DNA from: an uncultured Planctomycetota bacterium
Lineage (GTDB): Bacteria > Planctomycetota > Planctomycetia > Gemmatales > Gemmataceae
Direction: 5' to 3'
DNA: 64,000 nucleotides
Assembly (NCBI GenBank): GCA_963849325.1
Contig: CAWKHF010000008.1
Coordinates: forward strand, 96,001 to 160,000
Shown: one piece after another, positions 1 through 10,345 of the stretch
How positions within the stretch are numbered: position 1 is the first letter of the stretch
Layout of the letters: each line of letters opens with the position of its first letter
Program-made: the position numbers and the translations under genes
The notes under the pieces: model-generated
Told to the model about the DNA's origin: nothing
The model's database searches: none
Seen by the model: the letters and a program-made list of their open reading frames with translations, nothing else

Positions 1-1
1 C

Positions 2-2317
2 TGGCCCGTCGTCGGCGCCCGTGGCGAGATCCAGTTCTTCGAGGAAGCGCACCAGCGTGTCGGTCGTGAAATCGGTGAAGCGCGGATAGAGCAGGAAGCG
101 CTCGCCGGCCGCCGGCGCGCCGCCCTGGAAAGGGCGGCTGTAGTGCAGGCACAGACGAACGGCCCCGCCGGGCGCGGTGTGGACGTCCTCGATGCCGACG
201 ATGGCGCGGTGAGGGCTATCCGGCCCACCGTGGATCTTGTTGCGATACCAGTAATCGGCGTACTCGACGCGAGCGCGGCGGCCGTCCTCGTTGTCGCGCA
301 CCAGCAGCCAGGCCGGAAAGCCTCCCGTCTCCGGCTCGACGATCAGGCTGCCGATCACCTCCATCTCCGCCGCGACGATCGCCTTCAATTCGATGACTTG
401 GCCGAGCAGGACTTGCGTGGCCCGCGCCTCGGCGCGGGCCTCGCGGACGGAGAGACAGCCCAGTAAACTTTCGTAGCGCGCGAAGAAGGCCAGGCGCGAC
501 AACAGCGGCTCACGGATGCCGGCGCCCGTGGGCAGCGCGAAGCGCGGCGGCCAGGCGAACAGGTGCTTCTCGGCTCGTTGCCGCACGGCCCGGAGCAGAG
601 CGGCCACCGCGAACAGATAAAGACGTGCTTGCTGATGGATCTCTTCAAGGTTCGTCGTCTGGCCACGATACCAGGCCGCGTGCAGCGCCTCGGCCCGCAG
701 ACCGTGGCCGAGCGGGAAGTGATAATAATCGCGGCGCGTGTAGTGGAACGGACTGTCCAGCGCCGCCAGCACCTCCGGCAGCGTGTAGCTGACCTCGACC
801 GGCAGGGCCAGCAGTCGCCCGACGGCGGATTGCAGGACGACCAGCGGATACGCCACTTCGCCGCCGGGATGGCGGTCGGCCCGCATCAGCTCCGGACCCT
901 GGAAATGAAAGAGCAGCGTCATCGCTTTTTCGGCCAGGCCCGCCTCTTGCAACGCTTCGAGTAGGACGGTCAACAGTAGGCCGCGCTCGTCCTCGGTGTG
1001 GACGTAGGCTTGCAGAGTCAGCTTGTCCTTCCATTCCGACCGCTCCTCGTTGTAGCGATGGACGCGGCGAAACAGGTCATCGAGCCGCGTGAGGAATCGT
1101 CGCCGTACTTGCGCCGCCTCTTCGGGCCGACGGGCCAGCCATACGCACGGTCCCGCTTCGCCCTCGTCGTCCGTCAACGAGGGGGGGAACACGGCCTGGC
1201 GCACGTCCTCGCGGCCGGTGACGTACAGGCCGGCGAGGTAGATGGCCTGGCCGAGCGGTTCGCGCTGCAGCGTCAGGAAGACGGCGAGGTTTTCGCCGCG
1301 CGGCAAGTCCGTGGCGTCGGCGCCGTGCAGCCGCGGCTCGCGCGTCTGGAGGGCGGCGACGCACACGGCCAGTCGGTGTCGCTGGCCCGCCAGCGAGGCG
1401 CAGCGATCGAGCACCTCGTCGGCGTCGGCCCGCTTGAGGAAACCGCCGAGTTCCGTCAGCGTGTGTACGCCGGCCTCCTCGCGCAGGTGTCGTTTGCCGT
1501 AGGGCGTCAACTGCGCCAGGCGCGACACGTCGTTGGTGCGGCGCATCTCGTCGCGGCACGAGTCGAAGAACTCGCACCATTCGCAGCGGTCGTACAGGTG
1601 CCAGTGCGCCTCGCGTCCCTCGCCGGCGAGAATGCGGCCGAGGTCGTGGCGGAGAAAGCGCTCCAGGTGCGGTCGAAAATCGCCGAGGTTGAACGGCTCC
1701 GGCGCCGGCTGTTGGCCCAGCCACACGGCGCCGCGCTCGAGATCGACGTGGGCGTCGATGCCCTCGGCGTCGAGCACCGCCTGCAATTCCAGGGCGTAGA
1801 AGAGGACCTGCACGCGATGCGTCAGCTTCAAGGCCGCGCCGCGCTTGAGATCGACGATGCGCAATAGCCGGCCGCCGTCCGGGCTGGGCAGGACGGCGAT
1901 CAGGTCGGGATGATTGTCGCTGATGAGGACTCGTCGGCGATCGATGCCGTGGGCGTCGTAGAAGCTCGGCGGCGGCGCCAGTGTCGGTTGATAGAGGAAG
2001 CGACCGGCCGGCTCGCGGCGCAGATGGCGCAGCGTCTGGGCCAGCGGCAGGCGGCGCGTGTGCAGTTCCCCGGAACCGGCGGCGACGACGACCTGGCCGA
2101 CAAGGAGACGCTCGACGACTTCGCGTTCCCATTGGTAGCCGCTGGCGAGAATGGATTCGATGAGCGGGCTGCGATCGAAGGCGGGTTTGGGGATGTCCTG
2201 GCGTTGGCGTTCGCGCGGCGTGGCCGAGCTGTAATAGAGGAAGCGTTCGCAGTCGTGGAAGAAGTAGCGGGCGATGGTGGACGGACTGATGCGGAACGGC
2301 GGCGCGACAGCAGGCAT
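2..2317 (-). CDS. Large Cas4/RecB/Dna2-like PD-(D/E)XK nuclease with Fe-S staple, probably fused to an SF1 helicase beyond the window edge (3' partial)
   Basis: Absent from the ORF track because it has no stop in the window. Hand translation from ATG at 2317 (MPAVAPPFRISPSTIARYFFHDCERFLYY...) is open to position 2 (about 772 codons). It contains HPDLI...IVDLK...HRVQVLFYA nuclease motifs, an N-terminal Cys (DCERF) and CEWCEFFDSC. Confidence 0.8.
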   Translation of the reverse strand, partial: MPAVAPPFRISPSTIARYFFHDCERFLYYSSATPRERQRQDIPKPAFDRSPLIESILASGYQWEREVVERLLVGQVVVAAGSGELHTRRLPLAQTLRHLRREPAGRFLYQPTLAPPPSFYDAHGIDRRRVLISDNHPDLIAVLPSPDGGRLLRIVDLKRGAALKLTHRVQVLFYALELQAVLDAEGIDAHVDLERGAVWLGQQPAPEPFNLGDFRPHLERFLRHDLGRILAGEGREAHWHLYDRCEWCEFFDSCRDEMRRTNDVSRLAQLTPYGKRHLREEAGVHTLTELGGFLKRADADEVLDRCASLAGQRHRLAVCVAALQTREPRLHGADATDLPRGENLAVFLTLQREPLGQAIYLAGLYVTGREDVRQAVFPPSLTDDEGEAGPCVWLARRPEEAAQVRRRFLTRLDDLFRRVHRYNEERSEWKDKLTLQAYVHTEDERGLLLTVLLEALQEAGLAEKAMTLLFHFQGPELMRADRHPGGEVAYPLVVLQSAVGRLLALPVEVSYTLPEVLAALDSPFHYTRRDYYHFPLGHGLRAEALHAAWYRGQTTNLEEIHQQARLYLFAVAALLRAVRQRAEKHLFAWPPRFALPTGAGIREPLLSRLAFFARYESLLGCLSVREARAEARATQVLLGQVIELKAIVAAEMEVIGSLIVEPETGGFPAWLLVRDNEDGRRARVEYADYWYRNKIHGGPDSPHRAIVGIEDVHTAPGGAVRLCLHYSRPFQGGAPAAGERFLLYPRFTDFTTDTLVRFLEELDLATGADDGP

Positions 2318-2333
2318 GGTCGGATCTCGATCG

Positions 2334-4887
2334 TCATTTCCGGAAACTCTGCAACAGCGCTCCGAACGCTTGCAGCGCCTGCTGGACCACTTCGGGAGGA
2401 GGCACCGGCAGCTTGATGTAACTCTCGCCGGTTTGCTCATCGCGTTGCACCAGCGACCGCGGCGCGGGACCATTGGCCGACGGCGCCGCGGCGCCCCCGA
2501 TACCGAGTTGCTGCAACAGCGCCATGCCGGTCTGCAACAGCGCCGACCACGGATCGGCGGTCGGCGTTGACCCCTCCTCCGTCTCGGCTTCGGCCGCCAG
2601 CGGCGAACGGACCATGCGCCTCCGCCCACGCCGACCCGCGCTCGGCTCCGGTCCCGCTCGCTCGTCGGGTGGGACGCGCAGCGCCTCCTCGGCGTCCTCG
2701 ATCATCGCTTCGGGGATGGCCGACGTCGCCGACTCGACCGTCTCCATGAACTTGTTGAGCCGGCTGCCGCCCAGGAAGACCTCCTTGTCGCCGCCGTCCA
2801 GCACGCCGGCGAACAGCGATTTCTTGAACTTGAGCACCGCCAACATGCCTTCCTCGATCGTGCCCTGGGCCACGAAGTTGACCACGCGCACCGGCTGCGT
2901 CTGGCCGAGCCGATGCACCCGGCCGATGCGCTGCTCCAGCACCGCCGGGTTCCACGGCAGGTCCATGTTCAGCACCACCGAGGCGTGTTGCAGGTTCAGG
3001 CCGACGCCGCCGGCGTCGGTGGACAGGAACACCCGGCAGCTCGGGTCATCGCGGAAACGATCGATCAGGTCCTTGCGCTTCGTGCTCGGCACGCCGCCGT
3101 GGAAGAGGACGTGTTCCCAGCGCCGCCCCTCGAAGCGCCGCACCAGCAGCTCGTGCATGCGCAGCCATTGGCTGAACACCACCGCCTTGGCGCCCGGCCG
3201 TTCGCAGCACCTCGTCGAGCAGCGTCGCCGCCTCGTCCGCCTTGGCGCCCATGGTCGCTGCTGATGATCGACGAGGTAGCTGCTGTCGCAGGCCATGCGC
3301 ATGCGCTGCAGCGCGATCATCAGCCGCCGCTGGTCCGCCTCCGACAGAAAGCGGTAGCGCCGCCACTTCTGCACGATGCGGGCGACGATCTCCAGGTTCT
3401 CCGAGTGGTGCTTGCGCTGCAGCTCCGTCATCGGCACGAAGATGTTGGTGTCGATGCGCTCGGGCAGCTGGTCGAGCACCTCGTCCTTGTGTCGCCGCAC
3501 CAGGATCGGCTCCAGCGTCTTGCCGATGCGGTCGAGGTCGCGGTAGCCGACGACCTTGCCGATCGGGATCGCGCACCTGGTGCTCGTGCAGCAGGCGGAA
3601 GGTCGGACCAAGGCGAAAGCGATCGACGAACTGCACGATGGAGATGAGTTCCTCCAGGCGGTTCTCCAGCGGCGTGCCGGTCAGGACGAGGGCGTAGGGG
3701 GCGGCGATCTTCTTGACGCTGCGGGCGGTGCGCGTGCTCCAGTTCTTGATCCGCTGGGCCTCGTCGAGGATGACGAGATCGGGCGCCCACGCCTCGATCA
3801 GGTCGAGGTCGCGATAAACCGTATCGTAATTGGTGATTTTGAAGAAGGCATCGGCGGCGAAATGGACCTCGCGGCGCGGACGCAGGCCGCCGACGACCTC
3901 GACAGAGCGGGCGCTGCAACGCTCGATCTCGCGCTGCCACTGGTGCTTGAGCGAGGTCGGGCAGACGATCAGGACGCGCTCGACGCCGAAGAGGCGGGCC
4001 ATGATCTCGGCGGCGGCGATGGCCTGGATCGTCTTGCCCAGGCCCATCTCGTCGCCGAGCAGGCAGCGGCCGGCCCGCGCGGCGAACAGGGCGCCCTCGC
4101 GCTGGTAGTCGTACAGCGACACTTTGAGGAGGTCTTTGAAGGCGGCGCTGCGGCTGCCGCGCGGGAACGCCTCGGCGATGCGCAGGCGGCGGCGCTCGGC
4201 GTCGCGCACCTCGGCGATGAAGGCGAGGACGTCGTCGTGGCAGCGCACCTCGTGTTCGTGACGGTTGGCGTCGGCGAGGAACGTCTCGAAGCGGCCGAAC
4301 GCCTCCGGCAGCAGGCTGCCGTCCACATCGAAGTAGCGCGTCGCCAGGCGAGCCAGAGCGGCGGGGCAGTCGCCGCCGGGCCGGAAGCGCACCTCGCGGC
4401 GGGCGCCGTAGTGCAGATAGACCTCGCTGGAAGGCGGCTGAAAGCCGGCACGGAGGGCGGCCACGCCGCCGCGCTTGCGCTCCAGCACGGCCAGCGCGAA
4501 TTCGATGTGCTTGCAGGTGCCGAGCGTGTTGGTGGCGAAGTCGGGGCAGGAGCAGTAGTTATCGCCCGGCTGCGCGCCGCGGACGTGGACGCGATAGGTG
4601 TTTTGCGTCTGCGGATTGGTGACGTCGAAGTCGGAGAAGATCGGATGATCGCCGACGTTGGTCAGGCGATAGTTCTGCTCGCGGCCGAACTGCCGCCGCA
4701 GCTGGACCTGCCAATCTTCCAGCGACATGCCCTCCGGCTTGTGCAAGCGCGACAACTTGGGTGGCCGGCGTTGTTTCGCTCGTGGCTCCGTCGGCGTTCG
4801 TTGTCGCGGCTGGCGCGGCGGTTCTGTCGTCGCCGGCCGGCGACGCGGCGGGTTGTTCGGTTCGAGCTTTTTCGGTCGCCATTGCAT
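2334..4887 (-). CDS. SWIM zinc-finger plus SNF2-family helicase (frameshifts near 3570 and 3200-3260)
   Basis: SWIM motif CSCPDF...TCKHI; SNF2 motifs LGDEMGLGKT, ILDEAQRIKN, LTGTPLEN, VFSQW, STDAGGVGLNLQ, DLPWNPAVLEQRIGRVHR, split between ORFs 3046..4887 and 2334..3611. Confidence 0.92.
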
Positions 4888-5115
4888 GAAGCATTCTCCC
4901 CTGTCTCCGCCGCCGAACGCCGGGCGGATGGTTCCCTCGACATTGTACGCGGGACGGGGACGAATTGCTGCCGCTCGTTACCAGCGCTGGCGGCTTCGGT
5001 AATCGGCGGGAATTGGGGGTGCATCGGTGAGGCGGATTCGTCATACTACAGCGCCCCAAGCTCAGCCGGGCACGGCCGTCAGGATGACGGCCCGGAAAGG
5101 AGAAAGGATTCCGCC

Positions 5116-7218
5116 ATGCCGCTTCGCTTCATTTTCGCGCTGCACAATCACCAGCCGGTCGGCAACTTCGGCCACGTCTTCGAGCACGCCTACCGCGACA
5201 GCTATCGGCCGTTCTTGGAGCTGCTCGACGAATACCCGGAAATCCCCATCGCCCTGCACACCAGCGGGCCGCTGATGGAATGGCTGGTCGAGCACAAGCC
5301 CGAATACGTCGATCGACTGCGTCGCATGGTTCGCCGCGGACAGGTCGAGATCCTGGGCGGCGGCTTCTACGAGCCGATCCTGCCCATGATTCCGCCGTGC
5401 GACCGCGTCGGACAGATTTCAACCTATAAAAACCATCTGGAAAATATCCTGGAAACGCGCGTGCGCGGCGCATGGGTGCCGGAACGAGTCTGGGAGCAGA
5501 ACCTGGTGACGGACCTCGCCGACGCAGGCGTCGAGTACACGGTCCTGGATGACCTGCACTTCCGCCAGGCCGGCGCCGAGGACGGCCAGTTGTTCGGCTA
5601 CCACCTGAGCGAAGACAACGGCCGATTGCTGCGTCTGTTCGCCGCCGCCGAGCCGCTTCGTTACCTGGTGCCCTACCGCGATCCCGCCGAGACGCTGGCC
5701 TACTTCGGCGAGTTGGCCGCGCGCCATCCCGACGCCGTCGTCGTCTTCGCCGACGACGGCGAGAAGTTCGGCGTGTGGCCGGAGATGTATCGCCACTGCT
5801 ACGAGCACGGCTGGCTGCGCCGCTTCTTCGACGCCCTGCGCGGCAACCGTCACTGGATTCAGCTGTGTACCTTCGCGCAGGCGCTGGACGAAACGAGTCC
5901 GGTCGGCCGGCTCTACCTGCCCGACGCCAGCTACCGCGAGATGACCGAGTGGGCCTTGCCGTTATCGCGGCTGTGCGATTACCGCGGTCTGGTCGGTGAA
6001 TTGCAGCACGATCCGCGCTGGGGCCGATTGCAGCGCTTCCTCCGCGCCGGCAACTGGCGCAACTTCAAGGTGCGCTATCCCGAGACGCAGGAGATGTATG
6101 CGCGCATGCTGCAAGTCAGCCGCCGCCTCCAGGACGCCAACGTCGATGCCGATACCTTGGCGAAGGCTCGGCGGGAGCTGTATCGCGCCCAGTGCAACTG
6201 TCCATGGTGGCACGGCACCTTTGGCGGCATCTACCTGCCGCACCTGCGCAGCGCCGTCTACGAACACCTCCTCGCGGCCGAGAACTTGCTGCGGGAGGCA
6301 GCGCCGCCTGCCGCCAACGGGATCGAGGCCGAGACGGCCGACTTCAACCTGGACGGCACGCCGGAGGTGTGCCTGGGCAACGATCATCTGGCCGCGTACT
6401 TTCACCCGGCCGTCGGCGGCTGCCTGTACGAACTCGACCTGCGGTCCATCCGCCACAACCTGCTGGCCACACTGGCGCGGCGGCCGGAGGCGTACCACGA
6501 CGCCATCCGCCACCATCACGGCGCGGCCTGGAAGCAGGTCGGACTCGATCACATGCTCCAGTACGACGACTACCTGCGCAAGAGCCTGATCGATCACTTC
6601 TACGAACCCGGCGTGACGCTGGAGCAGCTGGCCACGCGGCAGGAGCGCGAGCTGGGCGATTTCGTCACGGGCCGCTATGAGCATCGCCTGGAGCGCGGCA
6701 ACGGCGAGGCTCGGCTCATCCAGTGGCGCAACGGCCAGGTCGGCGAGCAGGCCGTGCGCGTCACCAAGGAAGTGCGCCTGACCGGCGACGGCGACGCCCT
6801 GGAAGTGTGGTACATTCTGGAGAATTGCCCGCGGCAAAATCCGCTTTACTTCGCCGTCGAGTTCAACTTCGCCGGCCTGGCGGCGGGCGCCGACGACCGC
6901 TACTTCTATCATGCCAGCCAGGCGCGGGCCGGCCAGCTGCAAACGCGGCAGGATTTGCCCGACGCCGACAAGATTGGCCTGGTCGATGAGTGGCGCGGCC
7001 TGGACGTGTCGCTGTCGCTGTCGCGGCGCGGACGCATCGGGGCGTTCCCCATCCAGACGGTCAGCCAATCGGAGGGCGGCTTCGAGCTGGTGCATCAGAG
7101 CACGGTTGTGATGCCGCAGTGGACCGTCGAGGCCGACGAGCACGGCCGTTGGGAAGTGACGCTGAGTCTGAAGTTGGACGCGGCGCGAGCGCTGTCGCGC
7201 TTGCGGAGTGCGGCGTAA
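5116..7218 (+). CDS. GH57 alpha-amylase / 4-alpha-glucanotransferase
   Basis: Starts MPLRFIFALHNHQPVGNF; GGGFYEPIL, WVPERVWE, DDGEKFG, AQCNCPWWHG and TVSQSEGGFE motifs; AAGGA RBS upstream. Confidence 0.92.
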   Translation: MPLRFIFALHNHQPVGNFGHVFEHAYRDSYRPFLELLDEYPEIPIALHTSGPLMEWLVEHKPEYVDRLRRMVRRGQVEILGGGFYEPILPMIPPCDRVGQISTYKNHLENILETRVRGAWVPERVWEQNLVTDLADAGVEYTVLDDLHFRQAGAEDGQLFGYHLSEDNGRLLRLFAAAEPLRYLVPYRDPAETLAYFGELAARHPDAVVVFADDGEKFGVWPEMYRHCYEHGWLRRFFDALRGNRHWIQLCTFAQALDETSPVGRLYLPDASYREMTEWALPLSRLCDYRGLVGELQHDPRWGRLQRFLRAGNWRNFKVRYPETQEMYARMLQVSRRLQDANVDADTLAKARRELYRAQCNCPWWHGTFGGIYLPHLRSAVYEHLLAAENLLREAAPPAANGIEAETADFNLDGTPEVCLGNDHLAAYFHPAVGGCLYELDLRSIRHNLLATLARRPEAYHDAIRHHHGAAWKQVGLDHMLQYDDYLRKSLIDHFYEPGVTLEQLATRQERELGDFVTGRYEHRLERGNGEARLIQWRNGQVGEQAVRVTKEVRLTGDGDALEVWYILENCPRQNPLYFAVEFNFAGLAAGADDRYFYHASQARAGQLQTRQDLPDADKIGLVDEWRGLDVSLSLSRRGRIGAFPIQTVSQSEGGFELVHQSTVVMPQWTVEADEHGRWEVTLSLKLDAARALSRLRSAA

Positions 7219-7236
7219 GTAAATCGATTCGCTCGA

Positions 7237-7291
7237 TCGGAGCCCGCAACGTCAGCGAGGGATGTTCCCTCGCTGACGCTGCGGGCTCCGA
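7237..7291. repeat. REP-like palindrome, family A
   Basis: tcggagcccgcaacgtcagcgaggga-tgt-tccctcgctgacgctgcgggctccga; related copies at 16145 and 61777. Confidence 0.8.
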
Positions 7292-7534
7292 CATTTCATT
7301 TCCTCGCGGATGCGCCATGCTCCGAAAAATCGCCACCCCATCCGCCCGTTCGCGGGTCGTCAACTGCTGATCGAGTCGCGCCGACGCTTGACAAGCGCGG
7401 CCGCGCGAATTAAGAGAGAGAAATGGATCGGGTCGATAGGGAAATCCTACATCCGCGTCGAGTTGGCCGGAACGGGCGGTTCGCGTCGCCGACCCAAACG
7501 CGGCATTCCTTTCCTCAATGCGAGGTCAGCGCTT

Positions 7535-8584
7535 ATGATGCTCTTCCTTGCCGCTCAACGTCGAAGCGGCTTCCGGACCTGGCTGCCGCTCCTGCTCCTG
7601 TGCATGGTTTGCCCGCCGGCCCGCGCCGGCGAATCCTGGGTCGGCAAGACGATCCTCGTCAAGAAAGCCGGCATCCGCATCGGTCACAGCGATGGCGAGG
7701 AGAGCGTCTATACTGCGACCCTGCGTGTCGTGAGCTACCGCGTGCTGGCCGAAGAGGGGAACTTTATCAAGGTGAATGAGAATGGGGTTGCCGATTGGTT
7801 TAGCAAGAACGACGCCGTGCTGCTGGAAAACGCGGTGGACTATTTTACCGATCGCATTCGCGCCAATCCCAGAGACGCTGCGGCCTACGTCCATCGCGGA
7901 GTGGCTTGGAGGTTGAAGGGTGAACTGGACATTGCCGTCAAGGATTACGACGAAGCCATACGACTCGACCCCAAACACGCTCCTGCCTTCATCCACCGGG
8001 GCATCGCCTACCGGGGCAAGAAAGACTACGACCGCGCCATCAAGGACTACGACGAAGCCATACGGCTCGACCCCAAATACGTCTGGCCCTTCATCAATCG
8101 GGGCAACGCCTACCAGGGCAAGAAGGTCTACGACCGCGCCATCAAGGACTACGACGAAGCCATACGGCTCGATCCCAAATTCGCCTACCCCTATGGAAAC
8201 CGGGCCGAAACGCGCTCCAAGATAAAGCAATACGCCGAGGCCGTCCGCGATTTCGAGATAGCATTGCAACTTCATCCGTCCTTGGACGGGCTGCACCGCG
8301 ATTACGCCCTCTTCCGCGCGACCTGCCCGGAGGCGAGCTACCGCGACGGCGAGAAGGCAGTGCAGTTGGCCCAAAAAGCGCTCGAGCTGGCCGGCCGAAT
8401 CGTGGACTGGGAGTATCGCGCCGCCCTCGCGGCCGCCTACGCCGAGACGGGCCAATTCGACAAGGCCGTGACGGAGCAGACCAGGGCTGTTGAGGACAAA
8501 TCGCTGGACCGCGAGGACCGCGCCAGGATGGAGCAACGGCTGAAACTGTACCGCGACAAAAAACCCTACCGGGACCAGGAGTGA
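7535..8584 (+). CDS. Exported tetratricopeptide-repeat protein
   Basis: Signal-peptide-like N-terminus; 34-aa repeats (AIKDYDEAIRLDPK...RG.AY); C-terminal RATCP..YRDGEKAV...LAAAYAETGQF...LYRDKKPYR. Confidence 0.88.
   Translation: MMLFLAAQRRSGFRTWLPLLLLCMVCPPARAGESWVGKTILVKKAGIRIGHSDGEESVYTATLRVVSYRVLAEEGNFIKVNENGVADWFSKNDAVLLENAVDYFTDRIRANPRDAAAYVHRGVAWRLKGELDIAVKDYDEAIRLDPKHAPAFIHRGIAYRGKKDYDRAIKDYDEAIRLDPKYVWPFINRGNAYQGKKVYDRAIKDYDEAIRLDPKFAYPYGNRAETRSKIKQYAEAVRDFEIALQLHPSLDGLHRDYALFRATCPEASYRDGEKAVQLAQKALELAGRIVDWEYRAALAAAYAETGQFDKAVTEQTRAVEDKSLDREDRARMEQRLKLYRDKKPYRDQE
7928..8205 (+). repeat. Near-identical 102-bp tandem repeats encoding TPR units
   Basis: gaccgcgccatcaaggactacgacgaagccatacggctcga at 8030 and 8132, with a more diverged copy at 7928. 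Confidence 0.85.
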
Positions 8585-8736
8585 ATCCGCAGCCCTTGTC
8601 CCAACCTCTCTCCCTCGAAGCGGAGGAGAGGGACGAGAGGAATCGCGGATACGCTTTGCGTCTGGCCGGACGCGGCCCATGTCGCGCTTGCGAACGGCGG
8701 CGCCAGAGGCGCGGGCGGGGTCGGCGCATCTCTCCA

Positions 8737-9177
8737 TCACGGCTGCCAGGTGACTTCGCGCAGGACATCGCGTTCGTAAATCTTCATGGCGTCGATGACC
8801 TGATCGCGGATCGCCGGTTCCTTGCTGAGATCATCGAGCAGTTGAATGATGTCCGTGGCGACCTGGACATGATAGACAGCTGCGGCTTCGTTGATCGGAC
8901 GGCTGAAATCGTAGTCCGCCTCGTTTCGAATACGCCGTAGCTGCTTCAAATATACCCCGGCGTTGCTTACATCCGGATGGCCCGAATTGCTCAGGCGCAG
9001 CCAAAGATACGCATGCGTCCGTTCGCTGCCGGGGACGCGGAAACCTCCTTGGAGGAGGATGCCGCGCACCTTGTGGAAGGCCGCGTAGTAGGCGCGGCTG
9101 ATGGCCGAACGCCAATCGGCTTGCCGCGAACCCGTACTGAGTTCGTCGGCCAATGCCAGGAAGCCTGTTTCATCCAT
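8737..9177 (-). CDS. HEPN-domain protein (UPF0332-like), copy A
   Basis: MDETGFLALADEL...WRSAISRAYYAAFH...THAYLW...LRRIRNEADYD; start overlaps the upstream stop (TGATG). Confidence 0.85.
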   Translation of the reverse strand: MDETGFLALADELSTGSRQADWRSAISRAYYAAFHKVRGILLQGGFRVPGSERTHAYLWLRLSNSGHPDVSNAGVYLKQLRRIRNEADYDFSRPINEAAAVYHVQVATDIIQLLDDLSKEPAIRDQVIDAMKIYERDVLREVTWQP

Positions 9178-9528
9178 CAGCGTTTGATATCCAGCAGGAG
9201 GCAAAAGAGGTGTTTTCGCAGCGGGGGGTACAGACGATCCGACTCCCGATTCCATTGATTGTTGGCTACCCGCACTTCGTCCAGCGGGAGTCCGGCCACT
9301 TCCACATCAAAAATAATCTGCGTGTTGTAGCTCAACTCCGGATCTTCTTCGACGCTCACCTTTACGGAGCGCGCTGTGGGGAAGAGGCGATGAGTCGCCT
9401 CCAGCAGCGGTTGCAGACAATGTTCCGCCTGATGGGCGGCGGCGAAAGCGACAACGTCAGCGGGAAAAGCCGCCGTTGACGCCGTTGCTCGCGGTGCTGT
9501 CGCCGGTAGTCGTTTGCGGGATCGTCAT
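9177..9528 (-). CDS. Small HEPN-partner protein (putative antitoxin), copy A; 1-nt insertion near 9470
   Basis: MTIPQTTTGDS... continues after one extra base as AFPADVVAFAAAHQAEHCLQPLLEATHRLFPTARSVKVSVEEDPE; clear paralog of 9995..10345. Confidence 0.75.
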
Positions 9529-9555
9529 GGTCTTGATCTCCTTGGTCGGAAAGAA

Positions 9556-9995
9556 TCACGAATGCCAGGTCACTTCGTGCAAAACGTCGCGCTCGTAGAC
9601 CTTGATGGCGTCGAGGACCGGGGCGAGGATGGCGGCTTCCTTGGCGAGATCATCGAGCAATTGAATGATGTCGGTGGCGGCCTGAACCTGTTCCAGGGCG
9701 GCGGCCTGATCCAGCGGGTCGTCGAAATCGTAATCCGCCCAGTTCCGTGTACTTCGTAGATGGTCCAGTTGATGCCCAAGCTCCATAACGTCTGGGTGTC
9801 CGCAGTTGCTCAGGCGCAACCACAGGTAAGCGTGGGCCTTGTCCGCGGTCGGCACGACGAATCCGCCGCGTCGCAGAAGACGCCGCGCTTTGTGGAAGGC
9901 CGCGTAATAGGCACGGCTGATGGCGGAGCGCCATTCCGCCTCGGTGTCCCCAGGGACAGGGCGTCCGCCACGTTGAGGAAACCTGTCTCATCCAT
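9556..9995 (-). CDS. HEPN-domain protein, copy B; 1-nt deletion near 9948
   Basis: MDETGFLNVADALSLG / EAEWRSAISRAYYAAFHKA...AHAYLWLRLSNCGHPD...LRSTRNWADYD; paralog of 8737..9177. Confidence 0.8.
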
Positions 9996-10345
9996 CAGCG
10001 TTTCAAATCCAGGCGTAGACGAAAGATGCAGGCGAGTATCGGGGAGCAGATACGAAGCAATTCCTGAATCCACTCTTTTCTCGCCGCCCGCGATTGGTCC
10101 AGGGAGAGTCCGGCCACCTGCACGTTATACAAAATATGGCGGTCGTCGCGGATCTCCGGATCGTCGTCGATCTGCACCTTGACGAATCGCGCCGTGGGGA
10201 AAATGCGGTGCGTCGCCTCCAACAAGGGTTGCAGGCAGTCTTGCACCCCGTTGGCGGCGGCGAAGGCGAGGACATCGGCGGGGAATGCGCCGTTGACGCT
10301 ATTGGTCGCGGCGCTGTCGCCGGTAGTCGTTTGCGGAGCGGTCAT
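9995..10345 (-). CDS. Small HEPN-partner protein (putative antitoxin), copy B
   Basis: 116 aa, MTAPQTTTGDS...FPADVLAFAA...LLEATHRIFP...DDDPE; AAGGAG RBS; translationally coupled to HEPN copy B. Confidence 0.78.
   Translation of the reverse strand: MTAPQTTTGDSAATNSVNGAFPADVLAFAAANGVQDCLQPLLEATHRIFPTARFVKVQIDDDPEIRDDRHILYNVQVAGLSLDQSRAARKEWIQELLRICSPILACIFRLRLDLKR

Noticed and set aside
2-2317. Cas4-like motifs as evidence of a CRISPR-Cas locus
   Set aside because: No cas1, cas2, effector genes or repeat-spacer array in the window; the motifs sit in a much larger multidomain protein.
3556-5115. 1220-aa ORF 3556..7218 as one giant protein
   Set aside because: The first 520 codons are the antisense shadow of the SNF2 gene; the GH57 protein starts at ATG 5116 with an RBS.
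7928-8205. Diversity-generating retroelement template and variable repeats
   Set aside because: Repeats are in-frame tandem TPR units, differences are not adenine-specific, and no reverse transcriptase is present.
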